Source of the DNA: Marsupella aquatica
Lineage: Eukaryota > Plantae > Marchantiophyta
Assembly: GCA_973895155.1 (NCBI GenBank)
Contig: OZ316897.1
Coordinates: 1,925,312 to 1,989,311 of the forward strand
DNA length: 64,000 nucleotides
Direction: 5' to 3'
The translations under genes and the position numbers were made by a program. The notes under the pieces are model-generated. The model was given only the letters and a program-made list of their open reading frames with translations. It did not search any database and was not told where the DNA came from. The stretch's first letter is position 1. Every line of letters begins with the position of its first letter. Below, one piece after another: positions 1 to 11,636 of the stretch.

Positions 1-905
1 CAATCTAAATCAGACAAAGAAAATTATCAGTACATTAAGTTTCTTAGCTCCAATATGATTTACGAGCTCCAAAGTCCTACCATGGTTTAAGAGGCCTGTA
101 ATAGGAGTTGCCTTGTTACCTTTGAGAGTAGAATATGCCAACGTCTGTCGAAATCCAAACGAGCACATCGGTTCAGTGACAAGCTCTTCAAACTAGTGGT
201 CTTAACCTCTATGAACGTCAAGTCGCGGTTCCAAAATCAGGGGCTACTGAGCCTTGTCTTGACAGAAGGACTAGAACCAAAGGTGGTATCCTCACCCAGC
301 TTCTGGATGCAGGTTGGGCCTCAAAACTTTCGGAGAATCTGTAGTGCACCAACATATCAGAGAGACAAATTACAGAAATATCCTCAGAATCTCAAGACTT
401 CAGGACTCACCTAGACAAGGTTGATCTCTGCTTCTTCATTCGTATTTGTCAAATACACTTATCGGGACCCTTCTTTGGTAGATTTTGTGGAGGCCTTTAA
501 GTTATGGTTGATTTGCGTGCCATAGCCGTCCTTGCCATGATTGAGTGCTATATTGATCTTTGTAAGATGTGACAACTTGTCCGAAAGTTCTGAAGTCTAA
601 GGCAGAAACTACTCAGAATATGTTTGTCCATTCTTGCAGGCTCTAGAAAGATGAACCCTGCCCGATGTCTCCAACACTGTAAATTCTCTGGTTGATTGTT
701 GTGCGTTCCATGAACCTTCTCCCTCTCTGGCATATAGAAGTTACCTTTACGACACGTCTTGGTGGTCAAGCTCTCAAATGCACGATGCATGAGATCGGGC
801 ATGAGAGCTTTGAGATCTAGTTTAAATGATTGCAATCTAATTCATTTTGCAAATTCTCCTTTGATCATTGATGGCAGCTCAGAATTTGAGGCAAAGTTAA
901 CATTA

Positions 906-1005
906 TTCCTCTCAAAATTGTTGCGCCCGGTTGTTGCATTACCGCTCCAGTGTGATTCCTCTCAAAATTGTTGCGCCCGGTTGTTGCATTACCGCTCCAG
1001 TGTGA
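906..1005. repeat. Perfect 50-bp tandem duplication
   Basis: ttcctctcaaaattgttgcgcccggttgttgcattaccgctccagtgtga occurs at 906-955 and 956-1005. Confidence 0.95.
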
Positions 1006-1972
1006 CTGTGTGAGAGTAATCCGTTGGCAAAGGAACACAATTTCTACAGGGGTACACAAGGTGTGTAAATCAGGTCCTATATACGTTCCCTCAAAATCTA
1101 GTGACGTAATTGGTATTTCTAGAGAATTCTATTCAAATGGTCAATCAGACAATCATGCCCTTGTGAACGTACGAATGAACTTGTGGCATGCAACTCTCTC
1201 AGTTACATCATAATTGGGACCATATCCTTCCGTTTCCTCTCGCTGTCATAGATCATCTCCATCCCTGGCCTGTTAATGAGATTGTCATCACAGCTACAGG
1301 TACAATTGCTGAGAATGCCGACGACCTCCAGACATAAATGAAGCACGTCAATTTGTACGTACGTCTGCTGGAATTCAGCTCATGTACCGGTCGGGAGGAG
1401 GCTGTACAATGCCCACTGAAGGCCACCATTACCCATGGCATCAGTTTACTCTTCGTGTGCTGGAACTGGGCTTCATGAAATGTCACGCATGAAGCCCAGT
1501 GCTAAATCCTAAACGTCACTACAGTACCCAGCAGTGAGACTACGTTCCGTTCTGGCGCAGATCAAGATCATGAATATATCAGAAATTCGGCCCACAGAAG
1601 AAGTTGTTTGCAACGATAAGCAAGCAAATATGTCCGGAATTTGTAGTTAGCCTTCATCATCCTCGTCATCATCGAGCTCATGGTGAAGTCCTGTGTGATT
1701 GATGCATTTGGAAATGAACCACACTCAAACACATGAAGCTGTAGACATAAAGGTGTAGACTAGGTTCAATTTTAGTCAGTCCATGTTATTCAAAGTTCCA
1801 ACATCATCGATCTCATAATAAAATACTTCTCATGAGTTAGAGTTGTGGGTAGTGTACCCATATGGGAGGAAACTCTTCTTTGGGCATGGATCTAGGGTGA
1901 GTTGAGCATAGTCTCACTGATCTGTGAAGTTTGGTGGTGCGTGATCTTCCTCAATTCCAGAGATCTTGTGGA

Positions 1973-2156
1973 GTTGAAGCTTGAATGGCAAAGCTGTGAC
2001 ATTCAATTTGAACTTTCTTGTATGGGTTGTTAACTTGAAGCTTGAAGCTTGAATGCCAAAATTGTGACATTCAATTTGGATTCTCTTGTATGGGTTGTTA
2101 ACTTGAAGCTTGAATGCCAAAATTGTGACATTCAATTTGAATTCTCTTGTATGGGT
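1973..2156. repeat. Tandem repeat, about 60-bp unit x3
   Basis: ttgaagcttgaatgccaaaattgtgacattcaatttg(a/g)attctcttgtatgggt repeated three times with small variants. Confidence 0.85.
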
Positions 2157-3240
2157 CCGCAGATTGTTACCGGAAAGTGTATTTTGACGCTAGCTAGTGT
2201 GGCCGCTTGTGGAATTTGTGGGCCAAAAATTGTCTTCGAGGGACTGGCCCTAGGGACTTACTTGAGTGGGACTTAACCCTTAAATCACCACTAGCCATGA
2301 CAAAACCCTGGTTACATTAAGTTTAGAAATAATATCATTTCCTGAATTTGTGGAGTAATATGGAACTGGATAGGAGAAGAATGAGAGTAAAGGGTAAAAT
2401 GGAGAAGGCTAGGACGCTTCCCATTATATGACTAGTGGCGGTTTAAGGTCCTGGTCAATGCATCTCCCCGCGCCCCCCCCCCCCCAAATCACATTATCCT
2501 ATGATAACTAGTGTAGAGCATGAGAAGTCCTAGACAGTCTAACACAAAAATATTTTTTTATCAGAGACATTACAGTCCATTACTTTACGCTACAGAGTAG
2601 GCCATGAACGGTAAAGGGTTTACTCTTTAGATAGTCTCAACAATCCCATGGTAATATTCTAAACTCTAGAAGTTTGTCTCATATATATTCTTAACAATCC
2701 GATTGTAATATTCTAGATCATCACGTTATCTAAGACACAGAGTCTAGTTTTAGGATCCCATCATTACTGATTGCATTGCGTTCAGTCAAATAGGAATCTC
2801 CAGATTTAATATGGCTGCTATTAGCCGTTTTGTCCCCTGATCTCGTTGCCCTTGTGTGCATTATACATCTCCATTTATTTTTCTCTTCGGATCCATTATC
2901 TATATTTGTGTCCAAACTCAGACAACAAATTATGGCACCTGATTTTGAAGCACTCTTTTAAAAATCAAAGAATTGAAAAAGCACCTGTGCAATGTTTTCC
3001 GTACCAAGAGAAAGAGTTAAAAGTGTCTCCCCAAAAGCAAGGATAAGGAGCCCAACAACAGCAAAAATATTTTAGGTTCCCCCCTCATAAATTAGTGTGT
3101 GGACCCATGCTTCAATGCTTGCAACAAAACTAAAAAAACTTATCCGCAAAGGTAGTACACTAGTACGAGCTCATTCTACAAATTTAGCTCAAACACTACC
3201 TTGTCTCACCTTGTATGTAAACTGAGCAGACCTCTTTAAT

Positions 3241-4065
3241 ACCATATAATGCAGGCCTAGATGTCATCTGGTGGCACTTCAAGTCAAACATTTCCAACAA
3301 CCAGCAAGATGACATCATAGTTGAGCTTTTGAATTGGCCCAAGAGGCAAGAGTTTAGGGTTTAATCAAGAACCCTAAACAAGAACTATAATACAAGGTTG
3401 CGCCTTTTTATGGAGTGGTCGTCATTTGAATTTGAAGGGCACAAAAATCAAAGAATCTGACAAACAGAAGGAATAAACCAAAATTGATAATGTTTAGTGT
3501 GAAATAAAGAGTGCACGTTTTCCAATCAAGAAATAAAGGGGAATGCCAGGAATACCAATGCACAATAATCAAATACTTTATGGACATATAAGTACAGTAC
3601 TATCAATGCATAGGAAACCATCCATGCATAGACATAATACTTTCCATACCTAGACATTCATATCAAGTACCCCCATGATAATCTATGTCAATTACAAATT
3701 AACTCCTATAATACAAGCTTGCGCCACTTTTTGAAGTGATCTGTCATTCAAAATTTACATTTCCAAGCCAAGTGAAAGAAATCAAATATGCAAAAATAAA
3801 CCAACGGCAAAATATGAAGGGAGCAGAATACTTCTTGATATTCCTCATCACTTTAGCAGGTAAAGTACTTCCTTTTGATGCCATCATAGTATTCAAAAAT
3901 ACACTCTTTTATCTAATCCCTCCCAGGCCATTGTCTTAATTGTATTGACCCTGCCTCAATGTACACCTGATGTGCATGCAATGCAAGGAAAGTGTATACA
4001 CCCATTCACCTTGGTACTCATATGAATGAAATCATTTTATAAAAACAAATATACTTGGAAAAATT

Positions 4066-4116
<51 letters not shown>

Positions 4117-5008
4117 GATGAGATAACAAGGGGTTGGGGGCCAAACCACTCTTGGCTGGGGTGAGAGGGTTTTGGGACACATATATAAAGGGACAACCAC
4201 ATTTGACAACATCAAAAACTATAATAAGGTGTTGTGCTTTTTTTTTGCCATGGTCCTCATTTGAATTTACAGGGCCAATTTGGGTTTAAGAAATTCAATA
4301 TGAAAAAAAACCAAAGCAATAGAGACCAAAAATGGCCCTCACATCAGCTCCTGAGGTCAACTTCCATCTGATTGCGGCGACAGCACCGAGCGGAGGCAAG
4401 TAAAATGTTGTGCGGCCAGCCTCTACTACGAGTGGGGCGACCACACTACCGCCTTGCTCCGCACGCCGACCATAGACTGCCGCATTCTTGCGGTCAACCT
4501 CCCACCACCCTCCTTCCCCAACCCGATTACCCGGGGCGGCCCTGCCTCGCCCCACTCTCCCCCTCTTCCCTTCTCCCCTGCCTGAGTCTTTTTAACGACA
4601 TATTTTTACTTGACATCTTCTTAACGATATCTGTCACATAACAACTTCTTTGGTCACACAACTTCTCTGTTTTAATGACATCTTCTTACTTGATGACATC
4701 GTTTACATAAAGACTTCTTCGGCGACACAACTTCTTTTTTTAATGACACCTTTTACATAACAACATCATTGGCAACACGACCCTGGACACTACCTCTATT
4801 TTCTTAACGGCATCTTGGGCCGACACGACATCTTTTGTCTTAAGGACATCTTGGCCGACACGACATCTTTTGTGCAACGCACGAGTATTGAGCTAGTACC
4901 ATATAATGCAGGCCTAATGTCATCTGGTGGCACTTCAAGCCAAACATTTCCAACAACCAGCAAGATGACGTCACAGTTGAGCTTTTGAATTGGCCCAAGA
5001 GGCAAGAG
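3241..5008. repeat. Pair of about 110-bp direct repeats (3241-3352 and 4898-5008) enclosing a (TA)n tract
   Basis: accatataatgcaggccta..atgtcatctggtggcacttcaag..ttgagcttttgaattggcccaagaggcaagag present twice with a few differences. Confidence 0.8.
4068..4113. repeat. (TA)n microsatellite
   Basis: Directly visible dinucleotide run. Confidence 0.97.
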
Positions 5009-5642
5009 GCAAAGTCTAAAAATAATGACATTGATCACATTTTTTTGTGTTGGGCCATTGTTAGACTTTGAATGGGAGCATCATATAGATAATGTTTATT
5101 AAACCTAAACTTGCAACCCCCCAATTTTCCTCCCTCCTTCCACCCATTTCCCCTGCAAGCTGTCTCACTTTTTTTATTTTCTTGTTTCCGTTCGATCTCT
5201 TTCTGATTGATTTGATGACTCCGGTTTTGGCGGGCAATGAATTGGCTCGGTTTGCCAGTCTTTGGTTGGCAATTTTGTGTTGGGTAGCTTTATTTGCCCA
5301 TATTGTGTGTAAGCTGGAGGAGGATCATTGAGAAGTCTTGGAAAATTATTTTTCCTCAAATTATTTATTAAGTAGGTCCCAAAGCTAGGTAACAATGTAA
5401 AATGTTGCCCAAACAGGCTTGAGACAACAAAATTATGGCTAAAATATTCTTCGGATGCAGCTAAGGATTGACTGCCCCGGTGGCACAGAAAAAATTTCAT
5501 TAAAACCTCAAAAGAATAAGTGACTAAATTAAACATCATTGGTTTAAAGTGCACATTGTCACCATTATCAACCTTTGATCTCATCAGCTGATCTAAAAAA
5601 TCTGACTACATGCACCCTTTCTTGTGACTGTTGTGTACTATC

Positions 5643-5982
5643 TGTTAGGGTTTTGACTCAACTTTGGCGAGGTTAACTAGAGTAAGTTAACCGGAATTAA
5701 CATTAGTTGACTAGACTCTTCATGATTCGAAGAAATAACCCTCTTTGTATCCCCGTTTGTATCCCATGGAGATAGAACACTTAGTGAAGTACTTTGTGTG
5801 AGAATGAGAGAGCTTGGACCATGGAGCTATGGTGATATATACTTTTCGTGTTCATAGTGAAGCTCTTGGTGCGGCCGTGGACATAGCCCTAACGGGGTGA
5901 ACCATGTATCTTTGAGTCGATGTACTTGAGTGCTATATGAATGATGATTATGAGACGTCATGCTGTCCGTTTCGATCCTATA
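5643..5982 (+). mobile_element. Solo LTR of a Ty1/Copia element
   Basis: Starts TGTTAGG and ends CCTATA (eroded CCTA(A)CA). Flanked by 5-bp direct repeat CTATC (5638-5642 / 5983-5987). Contains the Copia U5-like motif ccgtggacatagccc..ggtgaaccatgtatct, also seen in the intact LTRs at 10971 and 16461. Confidence 0.75.
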
Positions 5983-7439
5983 CTATCATCCACCCTCCTC
6001 TTTGTTAGTATGATTAAAATATTGAATGCATGGATCAATCAGATCTAATGGCTTACCCAGAGTTACTTGTTGTTATTTTTGAAGTAAAATAATTAACCCA
6101 TATAAATAATTTATTATAATTCAGAAAAAACTGCTACAACCTGATACTTTGTTGTTGCCCCTCTTTGTCCGGGTCTTACCAAGGGTCTTACGGTTTTTTT
6201 CCAAGCATCACAACACACATAAGATGTGTTTGTTGATAATTGTTGTTCATTGTTTGTGACGAAAACTGCTAACTAAGGTGTTGCAACGACATGCCAGGTA
6301 CTTTGCAAAGAACTTGTCATGGGGGTCAGTTAATATAATTATATAAAGCATTACCAAAGAACAAAATGTGCCATGCTGGGAGATAAGATCCCATTGGCAA
6401 CAAACTCAATAAAGGGGGAAAAACCTAAATAAAAGAAAGGGAAACACCCAAGAGTGAATAAGCCAACAAACACAGATAAAATAACAAAGGCCCTACTCAG
6501 CAACATACTCAAGAGCCTAGTAGAGCTCTTCTTAGAGCTTGAATGGGAGTACACCCCATAGGAGAGTAAATTGTCATATCATGTGATTCTAAACATTTAC
6601 TAAACAGATATTATATAGTACTGCAAATGAAAGAAAATAAAGAGTGGATGGACTGAGGGGCTTGTTGTGAAGCCCCATGGATTTCCAAAGCTGGGATGGA
6701 CTGACTCAGAACATCAAAATTTTCTCGGATAGCACTCTTTACAATTTTCACTCAATAACATGTGACCTTAGTTGCGGCTCATGCAAAATACTCAGGGTGT
6801 CCTTCATAACAGTGAAGCGTCCTTTCCCAAAGTGGTAAGTTGCTACTTACAGTGCCCAAAAACTGAGGAGTTTATTCACAAAAGTGAAGCGTCTGTTGGC
6901 GATTAGTTTCTAATAGTTGATCATCTTTGCACTCATCAGTGATCTATTACATCTGAACTTTCTCAAGTAATAGATTGGACATCAGAGAACAAGTTGGAAA
7001 AGTTTTAGCTTCAACAGAGATACACAAGTTGCTTAAATAAATGCACAAGTTTGCTAAAACTAGCATTTCATAGTTGGTCAAGACACCTGGAATGGGTGTT
7101 CTTCTCAAAAGTGAAGCCTCCTTCTTAAGATAGCCCGACAATGTGAATTTTGGGTGTAATGTGAAGCCATGTGTGTCATAGTCCATGGGGATGGGCAAAA
7201 CAAACCCCTCGGTCCATCCAACTTGACTTGTGACTCACTTTATTGAACATTTGGACTGTATGCTACATGTGGCAAAAAAGGGGAGCTGCTCAAAAGGATG
7301 GGTAGCGATAAGTCCTTATGAAAAAGTAGCAGTCGGATAAGTGGAAGGAACAACACTCGATGATGTAAAAGAATCATTGGGTTTATCATGGTATGAAAAC
7401 TTCATCCAACCCGCTTTCTAGTTAGGACATGACATCACA

Positions 7440-7585
7440 ATTTGTTGGTTTTGATGTGCAATTACAGTCAAGTCATAAGGATGGGGTGGGTTCCATGGCT
7501 TGTCATAGCTAATTTGTTAGTCTTGATGTGCAATTACTGTCAAGTCATAAGGATGGGGTGGGTTCCATGGCTTGTCATAGCTAAT
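7440..7585. repeat. About 73-bp tandem duplication
   Basis: tttgtt(g/a)gt(t/c)ttgatgtgcaattac..gtcaagtcataaggatggggtgggttccatggcttgtcatagctaa twice. Confidence 0.9.
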
Positions 7586-8866
7586 TAATGCCATAGTACC
7601 ATGTAGAAAATTTTATATTCCAGCAAACAACACAACACCAAAATATTATTCTCCTAAATAAGTTTTTTAATTTGATATTTACACCAAAAAGTCTATCTTT
7701 ACATAAAGATAATTAGAATATATACTTTAAAATTTTACTCCCCAATGATTGTGTCAGTGTCATCTCCGCTAGATATCACTTTTATTTAATTCCAAACAAC
7801 AACAAGAAAATGCCCCTGACGTAGGTTCTGAGTTTAAGAAATTTTGCGTACATTGATACATTGGCGTTTATGTCAGGATAGTTAAAATACTCTTAAAATC
7901 TCCTGCACAAAATTATTTTAAGATTTCAGAAACAGTCCAAAACATGTTGTCCGTCCAATGTTTCGTAATTACTACCCATGTGAGGGAATGAGTAGCAAGC
8001 GTGACTGTGCAACCAGGTAGAAGCACCCAGGGCATGGTTGTGGAGTAATACAGTAGAAGGGTAGATTTAGAGAGTACTCAGAAGGGCCGTGGTTTCATAC
8101 ACAATAGCCAAAGGAACCCTAACTGCAGAATCTACAGTTAACTTTCTCGAAGTGCTCACTCCCGGGAAGATAGATCTGGTAATTGAACCAGTTTTTGCAT
8201 GATTTCTTCATAATTGCACCCCTTAAAAGGAAGGGGGGGGGGGGGGGATCTTCACTATATGGAGTGACATATATCAGGTGTAACATTTTAGTGTCCGACC
8301 CCCCTAACAGTAAAAGTAACAATGTCAGACTCGTAAAAGCTTGTTGTCCCACGCGTGAGAGGGCTGAGGATCTTTGGATTTGAGACGCCCTATTATTGTG
8401 ACCTTAAACCTTTGGTCAAAGGCGTGCTTGGCTGAACTTGGTTCAATCATCATGAAGGAGCCCCAACACTGCCCCGAACAGTATTCATTGAAAGTTTTCT
8501 CCAAAATAGAGTACACCATATTTTGGGATGTTCATTCAGTTTATTATTAATTGTGGTCAATGACAAAACCTTGCTATTCCCCTATTATTATTTGTGATAT
8601 TTGCCCACTGGCCTGCTTGGCTGAAACTTTGTTCAATTGTCAAGATGGGGCTAAAAAATGGCCCCAAACAGTATTCACTGAAAGTTTTCTCAGAAATAGT
8701 GTACACCTTATTTTGGATGTTCAGTCTATTATTATTGTGATCACAAAGCTTTGAGACTCTCTATTATTGATCACAATCCTTTGATCACTTGGCTGAACTT
8801 TGTTCAATTGTCAAGATGGGGCCCAGAAGTGGCCCCAAACAGTACTCTCTGAACTTTGTCTGGGAA

Positions 8867-9601
8867 CCGCTTTTTACTAGACTAACCCCCCCCCCCAACT
8901 GAACCTTATTACAATACTGCCCCCAAAGCTATCGCCGATTTCGCATACTGCCCCCCAAATCGTATGTAGTTATCTTCAACCTAGCTTTTCAAACAAGCCA
9001 CCTCTCCCATTGGCTGGCGTGTCAAGCCAAGGTTGAATTCCAACCCGCAGCCGCAGTTGTGGTCAGGGCCCCAACAGCACCTGTGCCCGGACTCCTATCG
9101 GGCCTCACATCCAGCCCCGATTCCATTTGCTGGTGACTCCCACCGGGCCCAAATTTGTGCCCCTACTACTATTATTGTGCCCCGACTCCCAGCCCCCACG
9201 TTTCCTTTTGGAAACTAGCCAACAATGCTGGCTTTTGCACATGCACTTTGTATCGAGACGCAAACGCAAACGTGGGGTAGCTTGGATAGTGACGGATTGG
9301 GGGCAAGGGGAGGGGGGCATTTGATCAAGGCTCAGAGCAAGGGGGAGGACAGGGCGCAGCAGCTGGACTGGTTTGTAGTGCGTGCCACCCGGTGTGCCCT
9401 ATGCTGAGTGCCCAATTTGTAGCCCTGGTTTTCTTTGGAAAAACAGGCCCAAACATTGCTGTTTTTAAATATGTTTGTACTTAGGAGAGCATCGGAGGTT
9501 GAACGTAACTATGATTTGGGGGGCATTATGCGAAATAGAATAATTTTGTGGGCAGTATTGTAAAAAGGCTCAGTTTGGGGAGGTAGTTTAGTAAAGCTCT
9601 A
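8867..9601. mobile_element. Non-autonomous Mutator-like (MULE/MITE) element
   Basis: About 110-bp imperfect TIRs (tttactagactaacc..ccaactgaacc..acaatactgccc..tttcgcata.tgccccccaaatc..gtta..ttcaacct and its reverse complement at about 9496-9597). Flanking direct repeat tctgggaa at 8859-8866 and 9602-9609. Confidence 0.75.
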
Positions 9602-9727
9602 TCTGGGAAATAGAAATAGCGTACACTATGTTTTTGAATGTTTAATCTACCATTATTGTGACCATAGACGTGTGAGACTCCGACCCTATTATTATAAAAT
9701 AACATTTAATTACTTTGCCACTAAAGA

Positions 9728-9891
9728 TGTTTGAATTTACAATACTGCCATTATGTTTTTTGTATTTATAAAAATGTCCGGATTTTGCATAAAAATGACA
9801 AGTTTACTAAAGTAACCAAGGGAACTATATATGGAAATAGTGTCATTTTTGTAAATACAAAAAACCAATGAGAATATTGTAAATTCAAACA
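9728..9891. mobile_element. Small foldback/MITE-like element
   Basis: About 48-bp inverted repeat tgtttgaatttacaata....catt..ttttttgtattta.aaaaatg at both ends; TSD not clear. Confidence 0.6.
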
Positions 9892-10000
9892 ATGTACCTG
9901 AAACTTTGGTCACTTGGCTAAACTGTGTTTAATTGTCATGATGGGCCCAAAAATAGCCCTAGGCTGTATTCTCTGAAAGTGTTCTCGGAAATAGTGTACC

Positions 10001-10970
10001 TTGGGTTCGAGGCCCCCCTCTTCTATAGTCATCACACCTCTACAGGAGAGTATACTACTCTTTCTTCTGCAGAAGGTACACGTCAGGGTGACCCTTTGGG
10101 TGGACCTCTTTTTGCCATTGCCCATTTTACTGCTTTACGGGAAGCCTCCGCGGCCCACCCCCAGTGTATCTTCCCCTCCCTTTCAGATGACACCCACATC
10201 ATTGGTCCACCTGTTGCTGTTACTTCTGCCCTAGCCACCCTTTCCACCCATTTGTTGGGCCTCGGTTTACGAGTTCAGCCGGTGAAGAGTCGTGCATGGA
10301 GTCCAGCAGGGTTACCCTCTGATCTTGCGCTTCCCCCTGGGTTCTTACGTCCAGCCGACGGTCTTTGGGTCCTTGGCTCCCCAGTCAGTACCGCCTCCTT
10401 TTGCTCATCTTTCATTGCTGACGCTCTCCAGGCTGCCTTAGCCCCTACTCCTATGCTCCCTAAGTTAGCAGACTCTCAGGCAGCATTTGGGTTGTTGTTG
10501 AGATGCATCCACCCTCGTGCGTCCTATTTGGCTCGGACGCATCCCCCTACCGAGGATCTTTATCTACACCTCCGAGCGTTTGATGTCTCCATTCGTGAGA
10601 CTTTGGCCTCTCTTTTAGGGCCAGGTACTTTGCTCTCATCTCCGTGGCTTCATCGACAGCTCAGTCTTCCTATTTCTCTCGGTGGTTTTGGGCTTACTTC
10701 CACTGAGCGCCTTGCACCTTTGGCCTTCTTGGGCGCGTGGGCGACCGCCTTCTCATTGTTGGCAGATCGTTTCCTTACTGAGGATCGACCTTTTTTACTT
10801 TCGTCTCTCATGGAGGTCGAGGAGGGTTCCCTCCCATTTCAGGTTCATTTGCGCACGGCGCGGTCATCATTACCCGATCCTGTTCGAGCTGCGTTACCTT
10901 CATTCCAGGAGTTTTTATCCTTGGACCCCGTCCGTCTTCAGGCAGACCTTGCTGGGCGTATGCACGCTTT
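10001..10970 (+). pseudogene. CRE-like element ORF, RT C-terminal half/thumb (5' part)
   Basis: ORF 9925-11028; homology starts near FEAPLFYSHH and the frame runs into the Copia LTR at 10971. Confidence 0.82.
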
Positions 10971-11445
10971 TGTTGAGCATAGACGACGATCGCAACGGCA
11001 AGCCCATGAACCATCCAACGCACAATAGTCGACACAAGAGATACGTGGTTCACCTCCTTGAGGCTACGTCCACGGGAACACACAAGAGAACTTTACTGAA
11101 CTCTAAGCCCGTCGGCTATACCGAGTCTCCACAGTGTAAGCTCTCCCTATCTCTCAAGTGGCTCCATAACAATGAGCCTTGGTTCTACCTCTCCAAGCAC
11201 ACATGCCTCTTATGATATAGTGTGCAACTTAGTTGTACCTAACCACATAGTTGTACCTAACCACATAGTTGTACCTAATCACGTAGTTGTACCTAACCAC
11301 ATAGTTGTACCTAATCACGTAGTTGTACCTAACCACATAGTTGTACCTAATCACATAGTTGTACCTAACCACGTAGTTGTACCAACCCACGTTGTTGTAC
11401 CAACCACGTCATACCTAACCTAGACGTAAGAGTAAATACCCAACA
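10971..11445 (-). repeat. 3' LTR of Copia element (contains an 18-bp tandem array at about 11230-11410)
   Basis: Identical to 16461-16935; unit tagttgtacctaa(c/t)cac(a/g) about 10 copies. Confidence 0.97.
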
Positions 11446-11460
11446 ATCTTCCCCTTGACT
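11446..11460 (-). other. Polypurine tract of Copia element
   Basis: Minus strand AGTCAAGGGGAAGAT immediately before the 3' LTR. Confidence 0.88.
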
Positions 11461-11636
11461 CTGGTCTAGGGGAGAGTAATACTGCCAATGTATATGATCC
11501 CTCAGCGGGAAGTTCTGGACAGAAACCAAACCGGTTTCCCTCTCTAACTAGAGCAAACCAGAACTAAGCCGTAGCCTAATACATAGGAATGAGGAAGAGC
11601 ATATATCAGTAATTACAATGAATGTTTAAGAAAACT

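Larger units (their letters stand above)
8378..10000. repeat. Degenerate tandem array (about 170-190-bp unit), interrupted by transposons and resuming at about 18040-18152
   Basis: Motif gtattc(a/t)ctgaaag..ttctc..aaatag(t/a)gtacacc.tatttt.ggatgttc recurs at 8481, 8671, 8842, 9966 and 18057. Confidence 0.75.

Noticed and set aside
11172-11423. ORF with VVPNHI repeats (also 16662-16913) and a CRISPR-like look
   Set aside because: It is translation of the 18-bp LTR tandem array; there are no unique spacers and no cas genes, and the DNA is eukaryotic.
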